A stretch of 52,009 nt of DNA, filler included, from Sphacelaria rigidula (GCA_964200075.2; 4 parts of 4 records of this genome joined end to end with filler, not necessarily neighbours in it), one strand, 5' to 3'; shown: positions 36,497-50,300, counted from the whole stretch's first letter. Numbers and translations: made by a program. Notes: a model not told the origin generated them from the sequence alone.

Positions 36497-38094
36497 GGAA
36501 CTGGCACCGAAGTACATTGGCCCAACCCAATACTGTTCAGCAACTTTGTTTCAAAGTATAGTTGCGGCCCGCACTTAGAAACCTGGTGGGTAAGAAATCA
36601 AGAGTTCGACTTTCACGAAATTTAAGAACTCAGATCTCACCTATACTAAAACCCACAGAGTAATTGTGATGACCCACAAAAAAAATAAGAACTCTCAGGG
36701 ATGCGCAAAATGGAAGCTTCTCACTCAAGTGCAGGCCGCAACTGTACTTCGCCAGTCATTTCAAATTTCAAAACGGGGTGTTTGCCCACGGAATCCCTGG
36801 GAAAGGCGATAATCGGCGGAAAAGTGAAAACCCCATCCTCTGATGTGAGTTTCACACTTCACCTCAAGTGCGTCCGTGCTTACTTCCTGAGCCTGAGGTT
36901 GAACCAACCTGTATTCGAGTAGCATTTGCGTTCTCAGAAAAAGCGGCCTAGGGCGTCTCTTATCCACACGAAGCGGGCGAAAGGAGCATGGCGATCAGTC
37001 GCTGCGATACCGATACCCCACCCCGAGGTACACGAAGCGGCGGCACTCACACTCAAAAATTCATCACCGACTCTCTGCATTTGTTTGACCCATGCGCCGA
37101 AAAGAGCAACATATACCAGCAGCACAACAACTTCAACTGTGACACGCACTTGTCACGAAAGCCCGGACCAGAGGCACAAGCGCACAACATCTAGTACTTC
37201 AGTGTCCCAGGATAGACGAGGAATGGCTCAAGCTGTGGCTTTCCATCATTGAGTACGACCTTTCCGGCTCGAAGAAAATCGGTTCAAAATTGACGACACG
37301 ATAGTTTGTCAGACGGCCACCGTGGAAGACTTACCGAACATGACATAAAGCTGCTTTGACGTATAAGCTCCTTTCAGCTCTCAAAAGCGGCCAAGGATTC
37401 CGTTGCGAGCAAATTTGGTCGCACAAACACCATCGGTCCTCCCCCAACAATGGACCGAGGTGCCTCCAAAGGTATAGGAACTGGATATGAACGAGCCAGA
37501 GCTATTATAGGTGCCTCGGCATGTTCGTTCGGAACAGTTGTGTAGATGCATAAGTGTTTCGGTCAGGTCCGCTGGGATTTCAAGGCCTACTGGTTCCAGC
37601 CGTGTCCAGTGCGGACAAAATCATCGCTTTTCGCAGGACGTCCGTTTTGAGTTTCTCCGGTAGTCACCAAAGCGGGGGTCGTGGGTAGGCAAGTTGCCAT
37701 GCTTGTCTCCCCTCATTCCGTTTCTCACCGGGACTCAAGAGGACGCTCGACACGGCTACGCCACACTGGCCACACGCTGCTTTATTTTCGAGGGTGAGTA
37801 ACAACGGACTTCTTTTCGGGAATGATCACGAGCTGACATGCCCTGTCACCAGGTTGTGCAACCCCATACAGTATTCTCCCATATCTGGATCACGCATACT
37901 TTTCTCAAGTGAAATGGGTGCCGACTCAGCAGGGGACGTACCCTCGCGTTCAATGCTTCGGGCAATCACAACAGTGTGTTAGTACCCCCATATTATTTGG
38001 TTTTAACTACGTTATGAAGCCCTCCAACCAGGTGCTGCGGCTTTGGAGCCAAGTCAGCGCCGGCCAGTGAGCAAGCTTCGCTCCGCAACGCGGT

Positions 38095-38200
38095 TTCAAC
38101 CCCTGGACTGCGAGATCAGTCTCCCTAGATCATGCATACTTTTTTTCACTCGACATTGATGCCGATTCAACAAAAAACCGAGCTCGCGGTCCAACGGTTA
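38095..38200. repeat. Inverted copy of segment ~34525-34625
   Basis: TCAACCCCTGGACTGCGAGATCAGTC...CATACTTTTTTCACT is the near reverse complement of AGTGAAAAAAGTATG...GACTGATCTCGCGGTCCAGGGGTTGA. Confidence 0.75.
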
Positions 38201-38985
38201 AATCCGATCGCACGGCCCGAATTGGCAGCAAAACTCAAGACGGCTTCGGCGGGGAGGCAACAGCAATGGTTCAGGACAAAATGCAGAAGACTTCGACCGG
38301 ACAACGGGGAAAAGTGGGATACAAACACAACACCTCGTCAGGGAAAGGGCTGAACTTTACGGGCGTTGCGCATAACTCGTCTCTCGGATTCACCAGCGGC
38401 GTGTTACATGCTAAATAAACGGCATCTGAGGGACCACACAAAAGTTGCGAGTACGGTGGGATGATCTCTCCGACTCTCGTCGGATACGACGCCTGACTTT
38501 CAGACACGGTGTACGTGTGGAGGAGCCGGAACCTAGGTTTCTCGGATACAATGAGCGCACTGGCTACTACTGCTGTTACCTGTGTGCGGTCATCCAGCGT
38601 CAGTATCTACCCCTCCCATCAAACACTCCGAAGTCGCTATTCTGGAAGGTTGGGCATTCGAACACGGCGCACCTTGGGTTCGATGGTGCTACAGCTTCAC
38701 GTGTGTGTAGTAGGTCGATGTCGCAGGTAGGTGTTGTCGTACGGGTACCAGCTTTGGTGGTCCAAGGCGTTGTGTGCGCTGGGAGGAGGTAGTGGGGTGA
38801 AGAATAATTGTGAGCTGGGCGCAACCTCACCTAGAGAAGGCACCGAGTTCATAGGTACCGGTCGTTATGGAATAATTAAACTGAAATCATCGAGTTTTTC
38901 GTCGTTTTCCATGATTCTTGTCGGGATTATCCGTTGGGGCAATGGCCTAGAAAAGGTATACCTTCTCGTTTTTTGCCTAGGAAAG

Positions 38986-39085
38986 NNNNNNNNNNNNNNN
39001 NNNNNNNNNNNNNNNNNNNNNNNNNNNNNTTAATTAATTAANNNNNNNNNNNNNNNNNNNNNNNNNNNNNNNNNNNNNNNNNNNN
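38986..39085. other. Artificial contig spacer N44-TTAATTAATTAA-N44
   Basis: Same linker as at 12932. Confidence 0.97.
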
Positions 39086-39249
39086 TGATCCCCACCACGA
39101 GAGAAGATGCGCCAGTTGTCGCCAACAAAAAATAGAGAAAGCACACCCGATTACTGTAGCGTATCTATCCCTGTGTTCAACCCATGCTCTAAATTATGCT
39201 GCAGAGTTGCGGCAGTAGCCAAGAATGACTTGGATGAGATTTGCATGGT

Positions 39250-39251
<2 letters not shown>

Positions 39252-39285
<34 letters not shown>

Positions 39286-39500
39286 GTCGTCCCATCTATT
39301 CTGGACGCCGGTCTACACATTTCGGTATATATATGTAGGCGCATCAGCCGGGGTCACACAGGAGGAAGGTCAACACAGGAGGTTTTTCTATTTCATTTGT
39401 TTTTAGTACCCCAACTTCCTCCTGCGGTGCTTGCCTTTTTTCTTCATCGCGAGAGGGGTCCAGCAATCCCTTTCCCTCGTCAACCGTTGAGTCGAATTTT
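39252..39500 (-). mobile_element. SINE family B copy lacking the tRNA head, long (CA)n tail
   Basis: (TG)n then TCGTCCCATCTATTCTGGAC...GTGCTTGCCTT...CATCGCGAGAGGGGTCCAGCA. Confidence 0.75.
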
Positions 39501-40899
39501 GTGAACAGGTGCTATTTGGAGTGGTGGTCTGTAAGATAGGAGTCAAGTGCGGTCTCGTACCAAGCCTACGAACGTTGCCTTGAGACGTGGGAAGCGCGTG
39601 AGACGAGAATATCGATATTTCGCAATACTGTCGACCTGATCCGCGCGGGCGAAGGAGGGGGGAGGGGGGGTAAACACCACAGCAGCGACAAAACCCCGTC
39701 TTCACTCTACTGAGGGTAACTCCTTTTGAGGTAAAGTCTCGTTTAACGTGCCCCTGACATACGTAACATGCTTCAAATCGTTCTCACAGTCGATCATATT
39801 CGAAGTATGCTGTCGTCAGTTCAAGCGCACAGCCTGAAAACCCGCGATTTCTTGTCGTGTACAAATATAAGGAGGCGTTTGAAACTGACGGATATTTGTT
39901 CAAAATAGCAGACCAAGAGTTATCAGGCGCTGGGTGAGCGGTGAGAAATCTGCATTTCGTTCTGTACCAACCGGAATGAACAGGGAGGGAGAACTCCAAA
40001 TTTTGCCCAGGGCAATCATGTATGATGCCCAGGCGCTACCTAGATTTCGGACTATGCGAGACCCTGTACTCGGCTGGGTGAAAACAGCGGTGGAAATCAC
40101 GCATTTCGTCTGGGAACAACTTGTTGGAAATCCGCATCTTGCTCGAAAAATCGGCGTGCGGGGACGTAAGGCTCTCAGTGGGCAAGTTGCAGGCCCCTGT
40201 GATCAAGGTGAACGAATACAGCTCCAGCAAAGATGCATGTCTATAATTTGGATGGCATGTGCTTGTGAAAAACTAAAACTACAAGAAAAGGAGGATTTTG
40301 ATACAATCGCCCAGACTGTAATCCAATATATAGGCCCCTTGCACAATGGGACTTCGGGAAGTTTCAACGCCTGGCTCCGGATAGAAAGTTCCGTCTGGAG
40401 CTCTTCCTCAACAGAGGTTGTTGGCACTGTAGGGTGCTGTGGTGTTGTGCTTCAACCGCCCGTCCTCCCAACCGCGTCTACTTGTTAGAATCAACTGGTC
40501 CACAATACAACTACACATACTACTTGTGTGGGATACTGTAGAGAGGTGACGTGCACAATTTTGAAATTCCGATACGGAGCTATGAAGTATGTACCGAACA
40601 CGTATACTCGTACTCCTGCATCGAATCTAGAAAACCCTATCGGATCCGTTTGAAACGCAGGTCGGAAACGCCTGCGGGAAACCAGATCTGGCAACAGCGG
40701 CTTCGGTTTTCTCTCGATTAGTATCGCACCCAAACCTGCGCTGCATTTCGTTTGACCTGGGAAAAATAGGAGGAAATGAACTGATGTTCCAAAGAGGTAT
40801 CACAAACTCAGCTCAAACTCCAGGTTTCTGGCGTATGTGACAGGAAGACACCTCTGAGAACATCCCGGGAACCTCGAGTTTCCACACACAGATCCACAG

Positions 40900-41705
40900 T
40901 CAGTCGACGGCAGTCAGCGGCATCCCATGACACGACCTCGGAGCGTGTCCTGTCCACATGTGTACTCCACACGTTCTATTTTTTGTATCATGAATATCAC
41001 CTGACCCGTGGCGCACGTCGCATTCGAAATGTCCCGTGTACGTGGCCCCGTCAGCGTATCGCAAAGAACCTTTGCCGCTCCGCCTTCCGGCCCTGTACCA
41101 CCCTTCATAGCGCGATCCGTCTGCCCAGACAAACGTCCCCTCACCGTGCTTCAGGCCATTGGACCAGGACCCCCAGTAGGCATTCCCATTTGGCAAGCGC
41201 AGGGCGCCTCGCCCATGCAGGCAACCCCTCACCCAGTTTCCTTCGCACACCGCGTTTTGCTCCGCGTCGCCGGCGGGCAAGACGAGGATACCCCACCCGT
41301 GCGGCGTTCCATCGGGACCCAGCGGGCCTTCGTACGCTCTGCCGTCTGCAAATTCTACGCGACACAGCATCGTGCTAGATTCACCACCATTCGTGCTTTT
41401 CCGCGCCTCCGGAGGGATGGTGGAGGCCACAGTAAAGGCACCAGCACTCGGTCTTGCAGTTGATGCTGATTTGGCCGGGCGGTGAATCTCGAGGAAGTTT
41501 TGGAGAGCGGTCGGTCCCCGTCGTGCAAAGGTCGCAAGTGAACGAGAGCGCTGACCAAATGGAATTCGCTCTACAGGATCGTCGCTGCTGTGGCGCCGAT
41601 GCCGGCGGCGCCGGTGCCGGCGCCGTTGCCCTCGCGCGCTCCTGCCCGTCCCGATCGTCGAACGCCGAGAGCTTCTTTTGGATCTCGTGTCGCGGCTGCC
41701 GGGTT
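40900..41705 (-). CDS. MORN-repeat protein, probable last exon
   Basis: Five MORN-like units (e.g. YWGSWSNGLKHGEGTFVWADG, YEGWYRAGRRSGKGSLRYADG). Phase-1 acceptor ATCATCAG|AA at 41705, stop at 40900; a weak alternative donor near 41000 is possible. Confidence 0.85.
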
Positions 41706-42599
41706 CTGATGATATTATTGGTTGGGCAGCAGAGCACACCATAACGAAGACACATGAGCGTGGTCAATGCTGAGGTACAGGAGTTGAAGGGATTTATCGA
41801 GTTGTCACCGCACCCGGCGGGAAAAGACGCCACGGCGTGGCTCTTGAGCGCGTTGAACAAAAAACAACATAAGGCCGCGCAACAAATATGACACAACCGT
41901 CGAAAAGAAGAAAGATACAACAGGGGCTGTCAAATCCGCTCGAACTTGGCCGGTTCGCGAGACACTTTCCATTAAAAGCCACTTCGTCGCCGGAAACCCC
42001 ATGAAGATCCAGTGGGATAGTCAAGCCCGAGAGCACGTGCTGGTGTACACGATCAAACACCGAAATTCGGAGGCGAACTACAACGAATTCCACGTCTTCA
42101 CACTGTTCTGTCGCCAAATTAAAGGACATCAGTATGTATATATCAGCCCTTCGGCCGCCAGGGTGGGCCACCTTTCTGGCCTGACCTAGAGATTCAGCGA
42201 GTGTAGTGCCGATTCAAGGAATTACCCTCCATAGCAGATGAAACCTCCAACAGTAGTATGAGGGTCCTCGACGCCAAATTTGATGTGTCACAACGCATTC
42301 AGTATGAGGGTCCCAACGACATGCATATCGTGCGGCGCCGCAGCATATTGAATGGCGATGCATCTACACAACGCGGCACCAAGCACAACTCAGTATCCGA
42401 AATACGGGAAACAAGTTCAAGGGGGATCTCAAGTACGCGGCAATGCGGTCGCTGTGGCCGATGCCATACGACCGTATATCTCCACGGTTTGAATGTGTAC
42501 GAAAAGCGCATGCACCACACACCGAAATTTTGAGAAATTTGGCGTCTTCTGCAAGCACATACACTGCTGCTGTTGCTTTCTTCCCATGACTTATCTCAC

Positions 42600-43128
42600 C
42601 TGCATCCTTGCTTCTATCACAACCCATCACTCCTTCCACAACAACCGGCTTGCTTCCCGTCGCTCCACTCTCGTCTTTCCTGTATCCAGCTCCTTCGCTC
42701 TCCTTGCTACCGCCTCCTCTCACCGGCGCATCACCATCACTCACACCGGAAAGGTCTCTATCGGTTGCGCTGGAGCATCGTGAAGTCGCACCACAGTCAT
42801 CATGCACAATCTTCGAAACTGGGGGCGCCAACAATTGATCAGAGTTACGCGGAGTCATTTCGGGCGTGGGGGATGCCGTGTGTGACCTATGCGCGTGCAG
42901 CAGGTGCTTTTTTGATGCAGAGCGATAGCAATTGCTGCATTTTCCGTTTCCATCACGATTAACCCTGGGCTTGTCCTGAGGGTGACGGCAATTCTTACAA
43001 GAAACGATGCCGTATCTGTTGTTGCCGGTTTGAGGATCCAGCTGGGATACGCTGTTGTCACCGTTCTTTGCTTGAGCGAAGCCATGTGGCATGGGAGTTC
43101 CATTGCTTCTGCTGCTTGAGCATCCCAT
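42600..43128 (-). CDS. Probable first coding exon of the MORN gene (MGCSSSR start, CxxC-x16-CxxC)
   Basis: Lies inside the 368-aa ORF. ATG at 43128 gives an MGCxxS motif; the donor GCAG|GTGAGA is phase 1, matching the acceptor at 41705. Confidence 0.6.
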
Positions 43129-44779
43129 GACGTTTAGCGTAGAATTGTGTGGTCCCCGGAGACAAGCTGGCTGTGTCCTTTGCAGGTGCGCGCTAAGAGC
43201 TGAAGGTGGCAAAAATAAACAGGCAAAAACCTCAGACAGACTTTCTATCGGCAGAGTAGGGTCCTCGGGCGAAAAAATCAACGGAATAGAGATTATGACA
43301 ATGGTCAAAAATGTAATATTTATACATGACAAAATATACGCGTGGTAGGTGAGTTTTGTCCCGGGGCCCCGCATTGTGCCCGAAGCAGAAGCTGCATCAT
43401 CACGTTTTGGAGGCCGTCGTAATGGTTGTGGAGATGGTGTTTGAGGCCCTTGGCTTGGGGAAGCTCCCATCTACCCTGCAGTATGTCATCATCGGATTGG
43501 TAAGTGCCAAGTCAGTAGTTTTTTGTGAAGTACGATACAGTATAACTAGAGCCGTTTTTGTCATGGCTTCATTGATGGTACGGTACAACCGTCCAGTGCA
43601 CGGCAGACAGCAAGTAGTATAGCGCACGGCAGCACAGCGCGGCACGTTGTACAGGCGAATATGGTTCCAAGACTGCACACAGGCGCAACGAGGGTTGTCC
43701 CATGAGGTTTTATGTACTGTAACTATAATGCAACTACAATAGTGGGCATGTTTCAGGAAAATGGATCTCCGGCATGTTGGCTACATTCTGCCCTCTTGAT
43801 GCAACGAATGATCTGCCTTTGCCATCAAATATTCAAATATTCAACCTCTTCGGTTCGTCCCTTTGAATTCAGACATGCCAATGCACCAGGTTTTGTCGCG
43901 AGGTACGGTTTGCACAAGCGAGTTGTTCCGAAGTCAACATCCCGAACTTAGCGGTCAAAGGGTTGCTCCTGTGACCTCGACCCCCGCGCAGATTGCCCAA
44001 TATTGCTGGGCTTCTTTTTTGACGGGGCAACAGTGCCTGACGGATCGGAATGGCCCGTTTCGCGGCAACTATCGCGACGAGAAAATTTATGCTTTGCAGG
44101 GTTGGGATGAGGCGGGTGCTTTTTCCGTTGCTGAAAAAATGACGCGCTGGGAAGGAAGTCTGGGAGTATTTCGGGACTGGACAGAACGGAGTGGCTCTTG
44201 CCGTCTCATCCCACTGCGCCCTCACAGCCGATACGAACGCCGTCTATCGTGACATCTAGGGATGCCCTCCGCTCCGCATTTGACGGATTTAGTACGGGTT
44301 CGCCAAATCCGTGTACCCTTCCCAGATGGTCGGATTCTCCTGTAATAAACCGGATTGGTCGTTGCCGTCGGAACTCCGGATCCGGCTGTTTGGATCTGGC
44401 GGATTAGCGGATTAGATCTCTTGTGAGGCCGCCAGACCATCCCGAGTCCAGGAGTTTCAGTGCATTAGTACAGTACACATCAGGGAAACGTACCACACGC
44501 TAGAGCCCGCCAAGTGACACTCGGAAACATTGAAGCGTCTCCAGTATGCGCATTTGAATAATCGTCCCAAAATCCATCAGTCAGGTCCATCATGACCGAA
44601 ACTGTTGTTTACTGTTTTTTCGGGGATCTCCGAGGATGTCGGGACTGGCATGTACCTGATGATTCTCGAATGCTTGCGAGCGCCTCGGTGTATTCACAGG
44701 GCAGCTTTCGGACGTGCTGCAGTGCAGTCCGAATTTTTCAAGGGTGTACATATTACACGTGCCACAACGTTACACGTTA

Positions 44780-46148
44780 CACGTCACGTCACGTCACAGT
44801 AACGTATTTAGAAACGGTTCCGTAACGTGTAACGAATATTTACGTTAAGCTGTGACATGTAACTTAAAATGAAACGTTACACTTCGACCGGGTTGAGGGC
44901 AAATGAAGGAAGGCTACGTAAGACTTTGTGAGGTTTCATGTACCACAACTTGGTACGGTAGGTTCACGGTGGCTGCCTTGTTCGAGCATGAGGCGCGTTC
45001 TGCTCGCTATTTTGACATTCAAGAATTTCTTTTCAACTAGTGTATCGCTCATGCATCCCTGACTCACACGTTGCAATTTAAAAGAAATACATGACTGCGT
45101 TATTGATGATTGATGCACGATAATCAGATAGTGAGATACCAAGATGCGCGCAGGCCATGATCTACACATACAAACGCATGTACAGATCATACGTTGGTGA
45201 TTCCTGGTAGCCGGTTGCCATTTCGTAGGACACACATAGCAATCCAATTCTGTATTATAATTATTTGCTCTTTCAGCAGGGCATGTATGCAGAAGAGACA
45301 CTCTCTACGATACTGCCCCCCCACAGCCAGCCGAAAACCGTCAAACAGCATTTGATGTTTGGTTTCAGGCTACATATAACGCCTCCTATGGGGGACATCG
45401 GCGAAAATGAACCCAAGCGTCGGAATTCCCAGTTGCTCGTTGTGCTCGTCTTTTTTTTATTTCGATATACGTACAGATTTTCCCTCCCCAAACTAGCCAC
45501 CTTTCGGGGGGGGGCTATCGTGGACAGTGTCAAAATCTATAATCCACATGTATAATACACATGCAGTGATGATCCGGTACGAATCCAGCCGCGTTCGCAC
45601 GGCAGACATCATGAAGGTAGAAACACATGATGACTCATTGTGCCAAGACGAGCGGCAAAAATTTACACGAAACCGTTCGAATAGAGAAGAACGACAGAAA
45701 TACACACTAACACCAACATGGGAAAACAAAGCAAAACTACAGAACAGCAGTGGAGCCACCGAATTCGTCCACGAGGTGACAAGTTCGTGTCACCTCCGCA
45801 CTTCTTCAGGCGCAAGGTCTCTGATTACTTCGTAATTCATATTTTGGTTGGGTGTGGTGTGGCGGTGCATGCTGCCCTGGCGCTGAACTTGCGCTTACAT
45901 CGCGTGCGTGTTATGATGACGTATGGAGACTCTTCTTGAACCCATGTATCATATCATGCGAGTATCACGTATGCTAATCTCACATTAATTGTGGTACAAG
46001 TTGAGCGTGTGACGGTTGTGACATTCATTCGGACGTCACAACCCACAACCGTATAGTAATGTGACGTGTAACGCTTATTGTGATGTATAACGTTTTTTAT
46101 ACGTCACACGTTACAGAAGAAGTTTCGAAATACGTTAATGTGACGTAT
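44780..46148. mobile_element. Non-autonomous TIR element with ACGTCAC/GTAACGT-rich ends
   Basis: ACGTCACAGTAACGTATTTAGAAAC..TTCCGTAACGTGT (44791) versus the reverse complement of ~46105-46147 (ACGTCACATTAACGTATTTCGAAAC..TTCTGTAACGTGT). Confidence 0.65.
45297..45531. mobile_element. MITE with GACACT.TC.ACGATA-poly(C) termini
   Basis: Left GACACTCTCTACGATACTGCCCCCCC, right GGGGGGGCTATCGTGGACAGTGTC. Internal sequence resembles the reverse complement of 12675-12810. Confidence 0.75.
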
Positions 46149-46914
46149 AGAATAAGCCTTACCTTCTTGTGTGCATTTTTTTTGGTTTGGGGTCGCTGAG
46201 TGGTGATCGCGTGGACATTGTGGTTTATCTGAGCTTCAGTTTGTTGAATGTGACGTCAACACGCCTTTGATATAGCATGCCATATCTCAACCCCTGATTC
46301 ATGATCGGAGCGAAAATTTCAGGGAAAACTCACGGAATGGGCCTCAACTTTTTGTTTATTTTTTTTGTTATTGTTGGCCATTGTCCGCGTGGACCTTGCG
46401 GTTCATCCGAGCTATTGTTTGTTGAAATCGATCCCAAAATGCTCGAGTTACGTCCTTTCATGCATCCATTCCTATTAACAATGTTCCCCCGTAGTACCAT
46501 GATGACATTTATGGGATCACGTTCCGTGTCGTGTGCCTCGACTACCCATCACTAGTTGTCCGGGCAAATTTGGCAAGGCGTGAGATAATGTTGCTTCCTT
46601 GGCTACAGGCTGTCACTGCCGTGCGCTCGTGTATTGTACATGGATGTGTCTGTGTGAGGGTTGCCGGCATCCGAGATCATCGGGATAGGGTGGGCGAGGA
46701 GCAGAAGCAAATATACGAACCTCGCAAAGCCCGCCAGACTTTTCGCTTTCTGTCAGTGCTCGCTGATCAATTTCTTTCAATAATTTCAAAAAAATGAAAA
46801 AATCAGGAGAAAAAAAGTGTCGAAAATCATGACAATTTTACAAAAAGTATCCTCTGGGGGGGCGGCGGTCTCCGTGTCCGAAAATTTTCTCTCAACAAAC
46901 CCTTGATTTTAGGG

Positions 46915-47350
46915 GAGTTTTGAGAAAAAATGAACATTGCTCTTGGGCCTTATCTCAATTTTTGAGCTCAATATTTAGAGATGTGATTTTAAACTTGGTA
47001 TAGAGAACCACAGAGGTCTGCTGAATTAAAAAAATAAACCCTCAATATTTTTTGAGAGGTTCGGACGTTCTCGTGAAAAATGGTCGTTACCATACTAAAA
47101 AGCTCTAAACCAGATGAAAAAAAAAAAGCTGACCCACTTTTTGTGGTTTACTATGCCCTAGCGAGGTCCCATACAAAATTTCAATACACAAACACCAAAC
47201 ATGGGCCGGTAAGTTGCCTTCAAAATACTGTTCCGAATCACTACCGACCCGGTTTCTCAACGGCCCATTCGTTGGCCAATATTTAGAGTTGGACCCGAAA
47301 ATTTGGTATGGGCAATGTCACTGCCCGTACTAAATTTTAGGGTCCAACTC
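46915..47350. repeat. Dispersed AT-rich repeat, probable DNA-transposon end (second copy ~51085-51450)
   Basis: Shared blocks in the same order: AAAATGAACAT.GCT.TTGG.CCTTA.CTCA, GCCCTAGCGAGGTCCCA, AAATTTCAATACACAAACA, CGGCCCATTC, GAGTTGGACCC. Confidence 0.75.
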
Positions 47351-50300
47351 GGATACCATGGCACGCGGGGGTGCTGCAGGGAGCGGAGAGGTTCATGACC
47401 TCTTCGCACAAGATCGAGGAAGGAGGCCAGCCGACAGCGGTTAAACGCGAGATCTGAGAAGAGGAGGGAGATGCAAGAATGCGCAACCAGCTTTACCGAA
47501 CTGGAAATGGCGCAAGTGGCAGGACCCCCATCATCCCTCATTGCATATTCTTGTACTAACTGCTGACTTGAAGGTACCCCTCCCTCCCTCCGAGGTGGTG
47601 TGTGTTGTCATGTGGTGCTTTTCCTCTTATGCGTAGTATATTCGTACGCATAGCTGTCCCTTTAGAGGTACAAGGTTAGAACCCTGCGACTCGTATCGCT
47701 TTGGCTGGTGATCGTGGCTCTCGAGTTTGGTTTTGCTTGTTGAATGTGCCAATGGGCCCTGCCTGCCCGAATGGTCGCATTTGCCATCGGAACTTGGAGG
47801 GTTAGCAGTAGTCCTTTTTATCAGTCCTGCGCCAAAAAAACAAACAATTATTTCGGAAGATAATTGGAGCTCTTTTCATCCCCTCACGCACTGCTGCAAC
47901 GCCAAACCTCGGATCTAGACGCATGGACTTCTTGATTGTTGTCTACATGAGATGTCAGCAAAGTTTTAGGACATGAAAGCGACAACAGCGCGCGCATGAC
48001 TGTGCCTCCTGCCCTGAGCATCTCTACAGTTACCGGAATGTGTTTTTTACAGATTGTCATCATCCACCGGCGGCGGCAGAAATGATCCATGTTTGTTTGC
48101 GAGCGCGTCAGCCTCCCAGATGGTTACGATGCGGAAGTGAGTGCGCTACCACGTCCACATGTGCATTCACTCACGGTACACAGCATCTCGGCCGCCAGGT
48201 AATCGTTTTGTGGCCATACAGACGGTATTGCCCGAAACTGGAATTCGCTTTGTTTTATTTGCTCGCAGAAGGAAAGTGGCTGCGCTCCGGTGCATACACT
48301 GGCTGTGGTGTGCCCAACTGGTGCACCAAGTTTCACGTTGGAGCCTTGAGCAGCGGTCGAGAACTTTACAATCAAAAATGAAGTGCAAAAGTCGAAAATG
48401 GCACCGGTCAACCGTTGAAAGATACACCGGCTGCAGTTACGCCGCATAATCTTCGTACGAAACCATACTGGCGCAACCGCTGCGCCCCTGCGGTAGCACA
48501 GGAGAGATGGGGACGAGCGCACAACCGTACTTGCCAGCACTGTGGATTCGGCTTCGCCACATCACCCCGCCAACCGATATGCCTTCAATCATGTCAGCAT
48601 TAGCAGGGCATCTAGTGTTGTGTGCCTAATTCACGCCGTATTGAACTGCAGGCGACAGAAAACTGTACACGATTGCACTGCCGAGCATGGTACAGACAGT
48701 AGCGTTGTACAGTAGTAGTACTCACACATCAGAAAAAAGGGTGCAGCACATCACACATTTTCATACTGTAATTTATGTGAAGTTTTCAGTGTTGAAGGCG
48801 CAAGGCATGCATGCACAAAAGTGTGTCGTGTTACTTGCTCGTTGAAGCAAATGACCTAATTTCTTTTCATGTGGATTGAATACATCATGCACTAGCCGGA
48901 ACGCGTCCTTTTGGCCTGTTGCCCTGAGCTTGGTCGCTACTATCGGCGAATCGTTGTGCACGAGATGCACCATTGAAAAGCACAACTATTCAGACCACCC
49001 CACGCGGGAAATCATCACTATTTCAGCCAGATATCTATACCCATGATCCCGCCTTGAGCGAAGCTTGCAACCGATGCCACGTGCTGGGCCGATGCTCTCT
49101 TGTGTCGGGCCCGCCGCTCGTGTGAACTTTGTCTACTTCACGGCTGATATCAGCCGAATGCTTGTCGAATGGTTCTTCTAAGCGGGCATTCCGGTATTGA
49201 ATTTTTTATTTTTTTGGCCCAGGACTGTTATTTCCTTTTTTTTCTTGTCTTTTTTCTTCTCTTTTGAGTGTTTCATTTTATTTCCAATTCTCTTGTATCG
49301 CGTCTGTGTGAATTGTTTCTGGGTCCGCTTTATTTTATGATTTATTTATTTTACCCTAGCTCGGGGTAGTTAACCTGTGACCACGGAAGGCGTCCGTATC
49401 ACATGCCCAGTACAGGGTACTTACTGCGCAGATATCGGAACTTTTTTGAATGTGAAGACAACAACAACTCAAAATATTGGCCGGCGGATGAACCTGCAAC
49501 GTACAAATTCGTTTTTAGGCTGGCCCAGCTCGTACTGGGCTACCTGTATACGCGTACTGTACAGGAGCGCTGCGAACTGTAAACCTGGAAAAAACGTTGC
49601 AATCCTAACAACATGATGTCTCGCACCGCGTGAATATCCAAGTTACACATGACATCCGTAATTCTGTGTCGAAATTTGGATTTGATGGGGAAAACCCACC
49701 CCATTTGTGAGATGTTCTGTAAGGACGGTATGGGAGCTCCCGTAGTGTATGGTCCATGGAATACAAGTTTTCCACTCTGTCATACACTACATAGGTTGTT
49801 CCGAATTTCAAAAACACCGGTAACCCTTAGACCGCCAGGGTAGGTCACCTGCTGAATCGGCATCAAGTTTACTTTAAAAAAATATGTGTGGCCCAGATGA
49901 ACTGCACGCACCGCGGTCTAAGGTTCAGAGTCCTATCCCCAGGCAGAAACATCTGTTGATTCGATTTTGATTTGATTTTATAGTTCTTCGCGTGTTCATG
50001 TAAAAAATCCGGAAATATTGTTCGCTTTTTCTCAGAGCGTGTACTTTTCGGAAGGGGGAATCTGACGCCGGAACCATGTAGCTCTTGGTATTTACCCGAG
50101 GGCCTTTGCTTTTTTCCTAAAAAAAATCAGGAAGTGAAGTTAGGCCGCTCCTTATAGCAAACAAAAAAAAGTGATGAAAAAGTGTTTTTTGGTTCTTCTT
50201 TGTCGTTTTACGCCCTGAAAGAGCTGGGCGGAGTTTGACACCCTGGAATGACTTGCTCTACGAGTGTTGCGCTGAAAGAAAGAAAAAGTGGAACGTGTGC

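Noticed and set aside
37636-37792. Exon with strong splice sites (TTTTCGCAG| ... G|GTGAGT)
   Set aside because: Stops in all three frames; at best a UTR exon or pseudo-exon of an unidentified gene.
39934-40488. 184-aa ORF, possible Copia RNase H remnant (THFVWEQL)
   Set aside because: Similarity is too weak to call by eye, and there are no LTRs or adjoining RT motifs.
22285-43128. Functional cluster of bromodomain, ROCO and MORN genes
   Set aside because: The three genes are on three separate concatenated contigs.
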